NCBI GenBank assembly: GCA_020697715.1 | Contig: JAEHCO010000003.1 | Location: 184,020-248,019, forward strand | Source: Methanobacteriota archaeon | Lineage (GTDB): Archaea > Thermoplasmatota > Thermoplasmata > SG8-5 > JAGLSY01 | Direction: 5' to 3' | DNA length: 64,000 bases | Shown: piece by piece, positions 10,435 to 19,905 of the stretch | Numbering within the stretch: position 1 is the first letter of the stretch | Layout of the letters: each line of letters opens with the position of its first letter | The notes under the pieces: generated by a model | Seen by the model: the letters and a program-made list of their open reading frames with translations, nothing else | What the model was told of the DNA's origin: nothing | The model's database searches: none | Translations under genes and position numbers: made by a program

Positions 10435-11360
10435 GCGACAATCCATACGAACCAATGCCAGCAAGGGTGATCGGCGTATCCATGGAAGCCGGAGGAATAA
10501 GGCCGGTGAAGAAGATACAGGTGGCCTTCATCAATGAAGAGGACAAGAACAATTTCAAGAACGTGCCAGGCAACTGCGCCATTCTGTCCATGATCGGCCA
10601 GGGCGAGAGCATGATATCCATCACCTCCCCGCCTACCGAGAAAGACTTTTTGGAATTCGCCATCATGAAGGTCGGAGTAGTCACAACCGCACTTCACGAA
10701 CTTGAAGTGGGCGATATCGTGGGAGTACGTGGTCCTTACGGGAACGCCTTCCCCATAGACGACTGGAAGGGCAAGGACATAGTCATAATTGGAGCCGGAA
10801 TAGGAATGGCTCCTATCAGGTCGATATACAATTACATTCTGCACCCTGATAATCGTAAAGACTTCGGCAAAGTCACTCTGATGTACGGAGCCAGAACACC
10901 AAATGACCTTTCTTTCAAGAAGGAATTGTTTGAGTATGAGGATCAAGCAGATCCGGATGTGTTCCTTTGCATCGACTGGAAATTCGGACCCAATGGCATG
11001 ATGGACGAGGACGCCCAGGAAGGATGGCCCAGGATCAATATGAAAGATGCTGGCGCGACCGTGATCCCGCCAGGCCAGACACGATTCACATGCTTCGTAC
11101 CACAGTTGGTGGAGATGATCAAGCCAAGTCCGGAAAATACCATCGCCATCACCTGCGGACCACCAATCGCTATCAAATTCATCACCCAGAACTTATCAAA
11201 ATTAGGATTCGATGATGAGCAGATATTCACCACCATGGAGAACAGGATGAAATGCGGTATTGGAAAATGTGGCAGGTGCAATATTGGCGAAGTGTTCGTG
11301 TGCGTGGATGGACCGGTGTTCAACTACAAGCAGGTGAAAGAGCTATTGCCGGAATATTGA
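10431..11360 (+). CDS. flxA: FlxA / AsrB / PyrK-like FAD- and NAD-binding oxidoreductase
   Basis: RGPYGN, GAGIGMAP, CGPP, MKCGIGKCGRC..VCVDGPVF [2Fe-2S] tail. Confidence 0.85.
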   Translation: MSDNPYEPMPARVIGVSMEAGGIRPVKKIQVAFINEEDKNNFKNVPGNCAILSMIGQGESMISITSPPTEKDFLEFAIMKVGVVTTALHELEVGDIVGVRGPYGNAFPIDDWKGKDIVIIGAGIGMAPIRSIYNYILHPDNRKDFGKVTLMYGARTPNDLSFKKELFEYEDQADPDVFLCIDWKFGPNGMMDEDAQEGWPRINMKDAGATVIPPGQTRFTCFVPQLVEMIKPSPENTIAITCGPPIAIKFITQNLSKLGFDDEQIFTTMENRMKCGIGKCGRCNIGEVFVCVDGPVFNYKQVKELLPEY

Positions 11361-11515
11361 TGGTCTGTGGTCTGCCCAGTATGTCTTGGGTTAGACCCAC
11401 CCCATGCAATTGATATGCCCCCCACCCAGCCACTGCGCTTGCTTTTCCCTTCCCCCAAAAGCCTGCTCGTGTCTGTCACTAATTGCACTATTGCAATTAA
11501 TTAGTTTTCATCGGG

Positions 11516-11869
11516 TTAGGCATTCTCTTTGTCTGACTCTTCAAGCCATCCCTTATGGGATTCAGGAAAAGACTCTGGTTTTGATTCAATAATTACTTTG
11601 CCAGTAAGGTAAATAGATAATATGGCAAATAATATAAAACCAACAAGAATGTAGATAAGAGGATTATCAATGATAATATCTATCTGGCCTATAAAAGGAA
11701 TAATTATCCAAAGGACCAGTACAAACATTGGGGCGATCTGGCCTTTCACAGACATTAGCAAGAAGCTTAAACGTGGCATATCAATAAGAGCATCGAACCA
11801 TGCAATGAATGCCTCTTTAAAACTAATCATCTTTTCCTTCTCCCTAAATCCCCTAAACTCTTCACACAT
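11516..11869 (-). CDS. Small hypothetical membrane protein
   Basis: Two hydrophobic segments; fills the gap downstream of ccmE; AT-rich; start uncertain. Confidence 0.45.
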   Translation of the reverse strand: MCEEFRGFREKEKMISFKEAFIAWFDALIDMPRLSFLLMSVKGQIAPMFVLVLWIIIPFIGQIDIIIDNPLIYILVGFILFAILSIYLTGKVIIESKPESFPESHKGWLEESDKENA

Positions 11870-11928
11870 ATAAATATCTCACTCTATGGGCGAGGCTTAG
11901 CTACTGAGAAAACAAATTCAAATAGCCA

Positions 11929-12372
11929 TCAATACTTCGAAGGACATCCTATCTGTATCGCATAGGATTCGATGACGTACTCGCCATCGACTTCCTTGAA
12001 ATCACCTTTTAGAACAACAATGGCATTATTGGTGAACCCATCTGGGAAGGCAGTTGTATGATTGGCATGAATGAAAGTAATATTATCACCCTCATCAACT
12101 AGTAAGAACTCATCAGATGAGACATTCCAATCCCTCACAACGCCCTTGATACTGATCTCCTTGTCAAGGTATTTGGCTGTGTCATCAGCCACCTGGTGCA
12201 CCTCGTATATCTCTTCAGGGACCATGCCCCAGAGTAGGATGCCGACAATGACAACGACGACCACGATGAAAACACCGAGCTTGATCTGCTTCTCGGTGAC
12301 CTTCTTCTTTGGCTTTGTTTCAGCCTTTATTTCAGGATCAATTACCTTCTCCTGAATCTCGGTTTCGTCCAT
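11929..12372 (-). CDS. ccmE: Heme chaperone CcmE, CxxxY type
   Basis: N-terminal TM anchor, OB-fold-like body, C-terminal CPSKY; last gene of the ccm cluster. Confidence 0.9.
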   Translation of the reverse strand: MDETEIQEKVIDPEIKAETKPKKKVTEKQIKLGVFIVVVVVIVGILLWGMVPEEIYEVHQVADDTAKYLDKEISIKGVVRDWNVSSDEFLLVDEGDNITFIHANHTTAFPDGFTNNAIVVLKGDFKEVDGEYVIESYAIQIGCPSKY

Positions 12373-12502
12373 CCATAACCTCCTTCAGCATTTTCATTTC
12401 CCTTCCCAATTTTTTCTGATCAAACATCAGCTTGACCAGATAAGCGAAGGTCAGTCCCCAAATTATAGAGTATCCAATGTACATGTAAGTAATATCATCC
12501 AT
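12338..12502 (-). CDS. ccmD: CcmD-like small membrane protein (54 aa, absent from the ORF track)
   Basis: MDDITYMYIGYSIIWGLTFAYLVKLMFDQKKLGREMKMLKEVMDGRNRDSGEGN*: Tyr-rich TM helix then charged amphipathic tail; GAGAGG SD; between ccmC and ccmE. Confidence 0.8.
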   Translation of the reverse strand: MDDITYMYIGYSIIWGLTFAYLVKLMFDQKKLGREMKMLKEVMDGRNRDSGEGN

Positions 12503-12578
12503 CTTTAACCTCTCCATTCTGAATCTATGATTTTGTCGAGCTTTTCTGATGCTCTGTCCATACTATAATTCGAGCGCA

Positions 12579-13277
12579 TCAGAAATCACCTATTTCTTGC
12601 TTTATTTCTTCTATTTCTTCTCTAGTTGTCTCCAGGTCGGTCTTGATCATCAAGATACCCAGATAAAGGAATGTGAAGGCAAAGACCGCTGTTACCAGTG
12701 TCTGCACCATGGGAGTCTGAAGACTTCCACTTTCGGAAGCTATAACCGTGGGATGGAACTGTGTCCATATCCTATTGGCTGCAAAGCTCAGGGGGATGCA
12801 TAGGAAGCCGATTATCCCGAAAACCGCGCTCATCCGGGCTCTCGCCTTGCCCGGATCGCTATTCGACCTTAGAGCGAGGTAAGCGATGAATACCAGCCAC
12901 AGGACCATGGTCATGAACAATTTCATATCATCCCATATCCAGAAGACACCCCAAACACCCTTGGCCCACAATGCGCCAGTGATGATGGCCGCGGTACAGA
13001 AGACCACGCCGATTTCGGCTGATGAGTAAGCCAATATGTCATATTTCATATTGGATGTTTTCAGATATAGAAGACTGCCGAGCAGAGTGATACCAAATGC
13101 CAGGTATGAGACCCAGGCCGATGCGACATGGAAATAGAAAATGCGCTGAACATCGCCCATTGTGTCATGGGTGGGAGCCCAAAGGAAGGCCATGTACAAT
13201 CCTGTGAATGTAAGAGCCGCGGAGGCCAGTAACATAATTATTGTTAATATATTCTTCTTTGTCATGTCATTCCTCAA
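12579..13277 (-). CDS. ccmC: Heme exporter protein C (CcmC)
   Basis: RIFYFHV, Trp-rich WGVFWIWDD motif, FHP; six TM segments. Confidence 0.92.
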   Translation of the reverse strand: MRNDMTKKNILTIIMLLASAALTFTGLYMAFLWAPTHDTMGDVQRIFYFHVASAWVSYLAFGITLLGSLLYLKTSNMKYDILAYSSAEIGVVFCTAAIITGALWAKGVWGVFWIWDDMKLFMTMVLWLVFIAYLALRSNSDPGKARARMSAVFGIIGFLCIPLSFAANRIWTQFHPTVIASESGSLQTPMVQTLVTAVFAFTFLYLGILMIKTDLETTREEIEEIKQEIGDF

Positions 13278-13944
13278 TTATGTAATCTATCATCAGGTAA
13301 CCGCTGGCTACAAAGATTATATCGAATGCCAATATAAGCTTTATCCCATTGGATAGATCCGCCAAGACCGCTCCATCGAATATCTGGAAAGTGGCTTCCA
13401 CCGATGTCATGATGACCGTGAAGAGCAGGATGGGTATGAGCAGGACCGGGAGCATGACCTGGCTCTGTGACAAGTTTGCCGAAATAGCCGAGATCAGATT
13501 TCCCAGAGCCGTGAAGCCGATGGTTCCCAGCACGATGATGCCCAGTAACATTCCCATATCTGGCATGGGTTGGGCGAAGAAGGCGAAGAATATCATTGTT
13601 GAGAATAAGTTCAATCCGAGTATTATGATGAAGGTTGCCAGGAACTTACCGAAATAGATGGAAGAAGCGGATATCGGAGCCAGCATCAATCCTTCTTTCG
13701 TTCCCTGCTCTACCTCTCTCTGGTAGATGGGAGCTAGTGCGAACATCCCGCTGAAGAAGAAAGTTATCCATAGGATCGGAGACGCCAGTTCGGTCTCCGA
13801 GAAATCAATGAATTCGAATATGAACCTGAAGGAAGCCAGTATCATCAATGAAAGAATGAGCATGGAATTGATCATCTGCTTGTTCCTGAACTCGATCCTC
13901 AGCTCTTTCAGGAATATCGCACGGGTGGCACTAATGACCCTCAC
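13267..13944 (-). CDS. ccmB: Heme exporter protein B (CcmB)
   Basis: KELRIEFR, REVEQGTKEGLMLAP, YFGKF, LPVLLIP. Confidence 0.9.
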   Translation of the reverse strand: MRVISATRAIFLKELRIEFRNKQMINSMLILSLMILASFRFIFEFIDFSETELASPILWITFFFSGMFALAPIYQREVEQGTKEGLMLAPISASSIYFGKFLATFIIILGLNLFSTMIFFAFFAQPMPDMGMLLGIIVLGTIGFTALGNLISAISANLSQSQVMLPVLLIPILLFTVIMTSVEATFQIFDGAVLADLSNGIKLILAFDIIFVASGYLMIDYIIEE

Positions 13945-14659
13945 CCCCTAATATCTCCTTGTATTTGGATAGGAATTCTCCTGTCTCCGCATTGTCATCG
14001 TCTATGATCTTTCCTTTGGACAGGATGCCTCTTCGCGTGGCTATCTCCATTCCTTTTTCTAGGTCATGGGTGATCATGAAGAATGTCACCCCTTCTTGAT
14101 TCATTTTCTCGATGACCTTGTTCAGCATGGCCTGTGCATTGAGATCGAGACCGGAATACGGCTCATCCAGGAAAACAAGTTCTGGTGAGTGGAGAAGGGT
14201 TCTGGCCAGAGCCAGTCTCTGCTTCATCCCCCTGGAGAAGGAGCCCACCTTGTCGAATGACCTGTGATAGAGTTCCACCATCTTCAGCATCTCTTCAATC
14301 CTTTTCTCTTTGTTTGGAATTGAATAAAGGTCTGCGAAGAAATCCAGGTTCTCATGAGCCGTGAGATCCCTGTAAAGATATGGCTCATGGGACATGAATC
14401 CTATTTTTCTGCGAATGTCTTTGAGATCGTCCTCCGCGCTCATACCAAAGTGAGAGATCTCTCCTTTATCCGAGTGTATGAGGGTGGCCAGTATCTTGAC
14501 CAGGGTGGTCTTACCGACACCATTGGAACCAAAGAGAACATAAACATCTCCTTTGTGAAGTTCCAGATCCAGACCATTGAGCACGTTCTTCTTTCCGAAG
14601 CTTCTACGTATGCCCTTGGCCTTGAGAATTCCATCTGCCATTGATACGATGGAATTCAT
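13931..14659 (-). CDS. ccmA: Heme ABC exporter ATP-binding protein CcmA
   Basis: Walker A GSNGVGKTT, FSRGMKQR signature, FLDEPYSGLD; upstream of ccmB. Confidence 0.88.
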   Translation of the reverse strand: MNSIVSMADGILKAKGIRRSFGKKNVLNGLDLELHKGDVYVLFGSNGVGKTTLVKILATLIHSDKGEISHFGMSAEDDLKDIRRKIGFMSHEPYLYRDLTAHENLDFFADLYSIPNKEKRIEEMLKMVELYHRSFDKVGSFSRGMKQRLALARTLLHSPELVFLDEPYSGLDLNAQAMLNKVIEKMNQEGVTFFMITHDLEKGMEIATRRGILSKGKIIDDDNAETGEFLSKYKEILGGEGH

Positions 14660-14698
14660 TGTTATTATTAAAACCTTCTAATATAGCAAAGGAAAGCA

Positions 14699-15403
14699 TC
14701 ATCTTCTGGGTTCTTCCCCGAACATGTCGATGTCCTTGAGCTCATCAGGGTGATGGTGCTTCATCTGTTCACGTGTCATCTTTCCCGTGAGCCAGGTCAT
14801 CTGCATTGGATCATCTGGTAGGAAATGCACATTGTAAAAGTGAGATATTATAACGACCAGTGTGGCGACGAAAGCCTCGTAGAAATGCATAACTCCGGCC
14901 AGGTTCACCCAGCCAAATGGTATGAATTTCAATGCAACGAAGGGGAACCATAGTATGAAACCAGATATTCCCATGACCAGTATACCCCAGACAACACCCC
15001 AGTATTCCAATTTCTCCTTCCAGATATATCTATCCCAGGATGGCATCTCGCCAAAACCAAAGAGAGCTTTGAAGTATTGGATCAATTCCCTCACGTCCCT
15101 TTTGCTGATCATCATTTTGTGCTTCATTAGGGATTTTATGTTCTTGTGATTGATCAAAAGATTGAATACGTGGTAAACTCCAAGAAGAACCATCAAAAGA
15201 CCGGACCAATGGTGTATCTGTGTCCTCCACCACCATCCGCCCATGAGCTCCACGAGGAGCTTCGCCCACCAGGTTTCTGGGAAGCTTAGAGGGAAACCTG
15301 TGACTATCTGGGCTACGAACGTACCCAGCAGTACGATATGCTGTATGCGGGTGTTCTTACCCCATCGCAGGTACTCTTTTCCTGAATTCTCATCGCTTTC
15401 CAT
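14699..15403 (-). CDS. Di-heme cytochrome b (FdnI/HyaC-like)
   Basis: Four TM helices with His ligands (RIQH, IHH, MHFYEA, SHFY), EKLEYWG, WLTGKM..HHP tail. Confidence 0.85.
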   Translation of the reverse strand: MESDENSGKEYLRWGKNTRIQHIVLLGTFVAQIVTGFPLSFPETWWAKLLVELMGGWWWRTQIHHWSGLLMVLLGVYHVFNLLINHKNIKSLMKHKMMISKRDVRELIQYFKALFGFGEMPSWDRYIWKEKLEYWGVVWGILVMGISGFILWFPFVALKFIPFGWVNLAGVMHFYEAFVATLVVIISHFYNVHFLPDDPMQMTWLTGKMTREQMKHHHPDELKDIDMFGEEPRR

Positions 15404-16615
15404 TTACTCACCGCCCTCTTCTGCTTCAGCTTCTTCTTTCTGGGCTTCTCTATTTGCTTTCCACTTGTTCACTGTTCTTCCTACTATTTTACCCCAGCCA
15501 AAGTTCTCAAGGAACATGAGACCGATCAACCCGCCCATCATGCCTATGATCGCTAATTTGTATATCATTGGGATAAGTTCTATGAGATTGAGACCAAAGA
15601 TGTAGTAGACCTCTTCTCTCTCTCCGAGTGATCCTTCATAATGCACGTGTCCCTCTGCGACCAATTCCAGGTCCAGGTCGTTCCCGTGACAATCCTTATC
15701 ACTGGATCCTCCAGAACATGTACTCGCGATATTATCTGGGTGGACGATAGAATCGGGATCTGAAACTGGTTTGATACCATGCACACCGTGGCAGTCTGGA
15801 CATGATGCCACGATCTCTTCGCCAAACACCACATAAGCCCCATGATATGAATCCTGGAAGCTGTAGAACTTGGATGAGTGGCAATTGCCGCATGTGTCCG
15901 GGCTGTTCAATGTGTAAACTGGTGATTCTGGATTATTATGCTTTTCAATATGATGGATACCGTGGCAATCCGTGCAGGTATTGGCCACAATGGTCTCTCC
16001 GTCTTCATTCATGATATATCCATTATGGATGCTGGTCTTGAACTCGGCAGATTCATTCGGATGGCATCCTCCGCATATTTTCAGGATATCCTCTCTTTCT
16101 GGCAATCCAATGAAATTACCACTCATTGCATCCATATCATTGTTTGGATCACCACCATGGCAATCCGCACAGGTAGTTCCGGCTTCCTTGTGGGTGCTGG
16201 AGAACCAGTCTTCACCTGCCATCGTGTAGTTGATATCCGCGTGGCAATCCGCACAGGTGATATCCACTGGAATATGGCTCACATTCCAGTCATCATTAAA
16301 GGTGGCTGCCATTTTATCAGGATGGCAATCTGAACAATACATTTCATAATTCATGTGGCTGGGCCACCATTCATCACTGTGTATGGTGATGTCCGCACCT
16401 TCTATGTCACTGTGACATTCCAGACAGCTTAGGCCTGCAATTGGTGTCACATCTTCATATGTGAATTGTATTTCCGGTGCCTGATTCTCTCTCATTTCCT
16501 TGTCGACATTTTGGATATCTACGTAAATATATACCAGGAGTGAAATAACACAGACCAAATACAATATCCATGCATAATTCTTAATGAATCCCTTGATGCT
16601 GGATCGTGTAGCCAT
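15404..16615 (-). CDS. Membrane-anchored multiheme cytochrome c (8 CxxCH + 1 CX8CH)
   Basis: CLECH, CSDCH, CADCH x2, CGGCH, CTDCH, CGNCH, CPDCH, CSGGSSDKDCH; N- and C-terminal TM helices; ATG 16615 after GGAGGAGG. Confidence 0.9.
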   Translation of the reverse strand: MATRSSIKGFIKNYAWILYLVCVISLLVYIYVDIQNVDKEMRENQAPEIQFTYEDVTPIAGLSCLECHSDIEGADITIHSDEWWPSHMNYEMYCSDCHPDKMAATFNDDWNVSHIPVDITCADCHADINYTMAGEDWFSSTHKEAGTTCADCHGGDPNNDMDAMSGNFIGLPEREDILKICGGCHPNESAEFKTSIHNGYIMNEDGETIVANTCTDCHGIHHIEKHNNPESPVYTLNSPDTCGNCHSSKFYSFQDSYHGAYVVFGEEIVASCPDCHGVHGIKPVSDPDSIVHPDNIASTCSGGSSDKDCHGNDLDLELVAEGHVHYEGSLGEREEVYYIFGLNLIELIPMIYKLAIIGMMGGLIGLMFLENFGWGKIVGRTVNKWKANREAQKEEAEAEEGGE

Positions 16616-16671
16616 CTCTAATTCCTCCTCCTGATCTCGGAATTCAGAATGCAATCACTTTGTTCTCGCAT

Positions 16672-17499
16672 TCAGCTACCTCCCGATCTTGATGTGAATC
16701 TAATAGCAATGGCGATCATTGAGATCAAAGCCAGGATCGTCAAGAAACCTGGGGCGGGTAATAGCTTATCATGCTGCTCATATACATCTTCTTCTAGATC
16801 GTATATACCCAGATCCTCTAGCAGATCTTTAGGTGGCACACCCACCGATATAAAAGTGGAGCCCGTTGCTGTGCCTTCAGAATATTCTGCCTCTATTATG
16901 ACCTCATGAGTTCCCGCTGCAGGAGCGATCTCGAATATCACATATCGCATCTCTTCCTTCTGGATCGTGATGCTCTTCAGGGTCTGTAGTATCTCACCTC
17001 CTACTGTGAGGGATACATTGACATCTCTTGCATTTCCATTTCCTGTATTGTTGATATAAGCGTAAATGAACATCTTCTGCCCTTCATAGGCATCCTTGGC
17101 AGATCTGTTGACATTGGTTATGATAAGGTGAGCTATGCGAGGAGATGGTATGGATGTGGCATCTCCAGGGTTTGAAGCATTCTCTATCTCATTCCTGTTG
17201 GGATAACCATCACCATCCGAATCAAGGTGGCCGATGGCGCTGATCGCACCCGCGGCATCGGATATATGATTCGCATCGGCTTCGAAATCCACGCCATATG
17301 GATTGAGCCCTGCAAAATCTCCTGGTGGATGGCATACATCACAATCTCCCTTGAGATCGCCTTCGATATAAGACCCGTAAGAACTATAGCCAGATGAGAT
17401 AATACAGGTAACCAGTAGAAGAGTTATGAATACAGGGATAAGCAGGGCTATTTTGATCGATCTCGCCCTCCATTTTCTTTGTCCTTCCATGGTATTCAC
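16672..17499 (-). CDS. Surface monoheme cytochrome c with DxDGDG Ca-binding motif, CARDB/Ig-like domain and PGF-type C-terminal anchor
   Basis: Signal/TM, CDVCH..LNPYG, DSDGDGYPN, INNTGNGNA (CARDB-like), APGF + TM. Confidence 0.7.
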   Translation of the reverse strand: MNTMEGQRKWRARSIKIALLIPVFITLLLVTCIISSGYSSYGSYIEGDLKGDCDVCHPPGDFAGLNPYGVDFEADANHISDAAGAISAIGHLDSDGDGYPNRNEIENASNPGDATSIPSPRIAHLIITNVNRSAKDAYEGQKMFIYAYINNTGNGNARDVNVSLTVGGEILQTLKSITIQKEEMRYVIFEIAPAAGTHEVIIEAEYSEGTATGSTFISVGVPPKDLLEDLGIYDLEEDVYEQHDKLLPAPGFLTILALISMIAIAIRFTSRSGGS

Positions 17500-17584
17500 G
17501 CTCTTTTTTTCTCTCGATTTTATTTCCTGACTATATGATGTGATATTTATACATACTCTAAACGATAGTTAACTTTCAAAGTGC

Positions 17585-19123
17585 CTAATGCTGCCCCTTA
17601 CCAGCATGTTTCTTTTTGTATTCCTTCGCTCTCTCCTTAAAGGCCTTGTCTTCAGGCATGACCATTTTTACAGCAGCCATTGCACCCATCCCAAGGTCCA
17701 TGGCTATCTTCGGTATCGGTATTCCCTGCTTCGTGATCCCTTCAATGGATTTTCCAGGGTTCATTATGTCGTGAGGGTCCAGAACTGTTTTGATATCGAA
17801 CATGAGCTCAGCAGCCTCGCCTCTTATCTTTGGCAGATTGCCTGCAAAGAGTAATCCAAGTCCAAGAGGACGGCCACCATGCTCGAAGCCTATGTCTCCC
17901 AGCTTTTTTGGGAAAGCCAAGCTGGTGGTTCCCTTGATGAGCTTTTTATCATCAAATATGAAGTATGGTAGTAATGCCACAGTGTTCCTGTCGGTTACCA
18001 TTCCTATTACGGATGCCTCCATTCCCATATTGTCAACAAGCTCGTATATGTCCCTCAGCACATGGGGTAGCTTATTGAGCGGAACAACGATCTCACCAAG
18101 AGCGGCACTGAGACCAACCTCTCTTGGCCTGAACTCATATGCTCTCTCATTCCATTCATGCTCTGCTATGGAATCACTCATCTTTTTGCCTTCGAATTGG
18201 GCGCTGAGATTATCCAGAACATCTTCCTCCACTTTCACAGATTCTATAGTTCCTTCCAGTGCGACATTTATCAAAGCACCCTTCCCTGGTGTGTGCTTTC
18301 CCATCATATCGAGGAATTGAACATGGATCTCATCAACATAAGAAATATTCAATGGTCTGATCTTGCTCCTGGTAATAGCTCTGATAAATGGAAATGCCTT
18401 GGCCAGTGTGTCGAACTGGTATGATGTCGGCCTTAGGATCTCAGGGGCTGGTTCGGCCATCAAAGTGACCTTTGTTATAATTCCCAGGGTTCCTTCGCTT
18501 CCAACGAAAAGTCCGTTAAGGTTGTATCCCGCACTATGGTCGGAAACTCCACTGAAGCCAGTTTCTATTATTCTGCCATCTGGAAGAACTACTTCCATGC
18601 TCCTTATATTCTGACCAACGGATCCATATTTGTAACATCCGATCCCTATACCACCAGTATTGATCCATCCGCCCACAGTGGCGGCATACATACTTGAAGG
18701 GTAGGAAACTACGAACAATCCTCTTTTCAAGGCTATATCATAAACCTTTTTCCAAACTGCCCCGGCCTCGACAACGATCTCAAGATTATCCTGATCTACA
18801 TGGATAACCCTGTCCATGGATGAGATGTCGATCACGATCCCGCCTTGACTTGGTATCGCACCTCCAAAGCCCCATGTTGCTGCTCCTCGAGGGATCACAG
18901 GAATATCGTACTTGATGGCCACCTTGACTATCTGTGATACTTCCTCCGCACTTTTTGGCCTGATAACAGCATCGGGCATGGTATTGAATGCCAGACCGAC
19001 CTCTTTTGGCAATGGTGCCAGATCATGACTGTATAGTATCTTCTCGGTCTCCGTGATCTTAACCCTGTTTGGGCCAACTATCTTTACAAGGCTCTCGAAT
19101 ATCTCCACATTGTCCCTTGTCAT
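17585..19123 (-). CDS. FAD-linked 2-hydroxyacid oxidoreductase (GlcD / D-lactate dehydrogenase family)
   Basis: PDAVIRPKSAEEV, PRGAAT, ATVGG, GYNLNGLFVGSEGTLGIIT, DPHDIMNPGK. Confidence 0.85.
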   Translation of the reverse strand: MTRDNVEIFESLVKIVGPNRVKITETEKILYSHDLAPLPKEVGLAFNTMPDAVIRPKSAEEVSQIVKVAIKYDIPVIPRGAATWGFGGAIPSQGGIVIDISSMDRVIHVDQDNLEIVVEAGAVWKKVYDIALKRGLFVVSYPSSMYAATVGGWINTGGIGIGCYKYGSVGQNIRSMEVVLPDGRIIETGFSGVSDHSAGYNLNGLFVGSEGTLGIITKVTLMAEPAPEILRPTSYQFDTLAKAFPFIRAITRSKIRPLNISYVDEIHVQFLDMMGKHTPGKGALINVALEGTIESVKVEEDVLDNLSAQFEGKKMSDSIAEHEWNERAYEFRPREVGLSAALGEIVVPLNKLPHVLRDIYELVDNMGMEASVIGMVTDRNTVALLPYFIFDDKKLIKGTTSLAFPKKLGDIGFEHGGRPLGLGLLFAGNLPKIRGEAAELMFDIKTVLDPHDIMNPGKSIEGITKQGIPIPKIAMDLGMGAMAAVKMVMPEDKAFKERAKEYKKKHAGKGQH

Positions 19124-19893
19124 GCTACAACCTCATTTGTGATCTCATTATCCTGCTTTTGTTCCGCGGTTTCGATGGTCTCTTCGACCGCTTCAACTTT
19201 AACTACTTCTTCTATTTCGACTACTGGGTCCTGATAAAGACGGCCAGTCAATTCCCTGTACCATAGATAATGGTATTTTCTAACATACCATTCTGGTAGA
19301 GTTCCAGTGACAAAATATGCTCTGAACTTGACCATGTCTCTTTTTCTTAAGTGAAGGGAAGCCCTGTAGAAAACGAACCATATCAGGAATATTCCCATGA
19401 TGATATGGATCAGAAATCCGTATTCATGCAGGGATGCTATTTGCATTATTCCTGCCGTGATGCCCAAAACTCCGATCTTGAAAATGAAAGCGATGTAAGA
19501 AAGTCTTTGATGGCCCTGATATTTTCCATGGCTCCCCATCTCTTCTCTTGGAGCCAGGAACATCAGGAAAAGGAAGGTGTGAATGACACCCTTGATCTCT
19601 TTTGCTGGATTCTTGGGCAGGATCTCGACCTCTTTGCGTCCTATGTTCAATACAACATGCAGGGCACCGACACCCAGAAGGCCAATGGCAGAGTACATGT
19701 GAACATCTATCATCCATGAGAAGTGCGGGATCTCGTTAAATATCCCTCCATATATATCAAGCTCATGGAACACGAATTCCTTGAATAATATCCCTCCAGA
19801 AATGACCACGCCACCGAGGAGAATCAACACTAACCAATTGATGACGACCGCATCTTTTCCAAAGATCTTGATCTCCTTCTTTTTCTCTCTCAT
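19120..19893 (-). CDS. Cytochrome b-like membrane subunit
   Basis: Four TM helices with His (VHMY, LHV, IHII, LHL), GKYQGHQRL, TGTLPEWYVRKYH; directly downstream of a multiheme gene. Confidence 0.7.
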   Translation of the reverse strand: MREKKKEIKIFGKDAVVINWLVLILLGGVVISGGILFKEFVFHELDIYGGIFNEIPHFSWMIDVHMYSAIGLLGVGALHVVLNIGRKEVEILPKNPAKEIKGVIHTFLFLMFLAPREEMGSHGKYQGHQRLSYIAFIFKIGVLGITAGIMQIASLHEYGFLIHIIMGIFLIWFVFYRASLHLRKRDMVKFRAYFVTGTLPEWYVRKYHYLWYRELTGRLYQDPVVEIEEVVKVEAVEETIETAEQKQDNEITNEVVA

Positions 19894-19905
19894 ATTCTAC
19901 CTCTC

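Noticed and set aside
1970-11360. Evidence of methanogenesis or an Mvh hydrogenase
   Set aside because: No mcr, mtr or mvhAG in the window; the gene order is the Flx-Hdr type found in non-methanogens.
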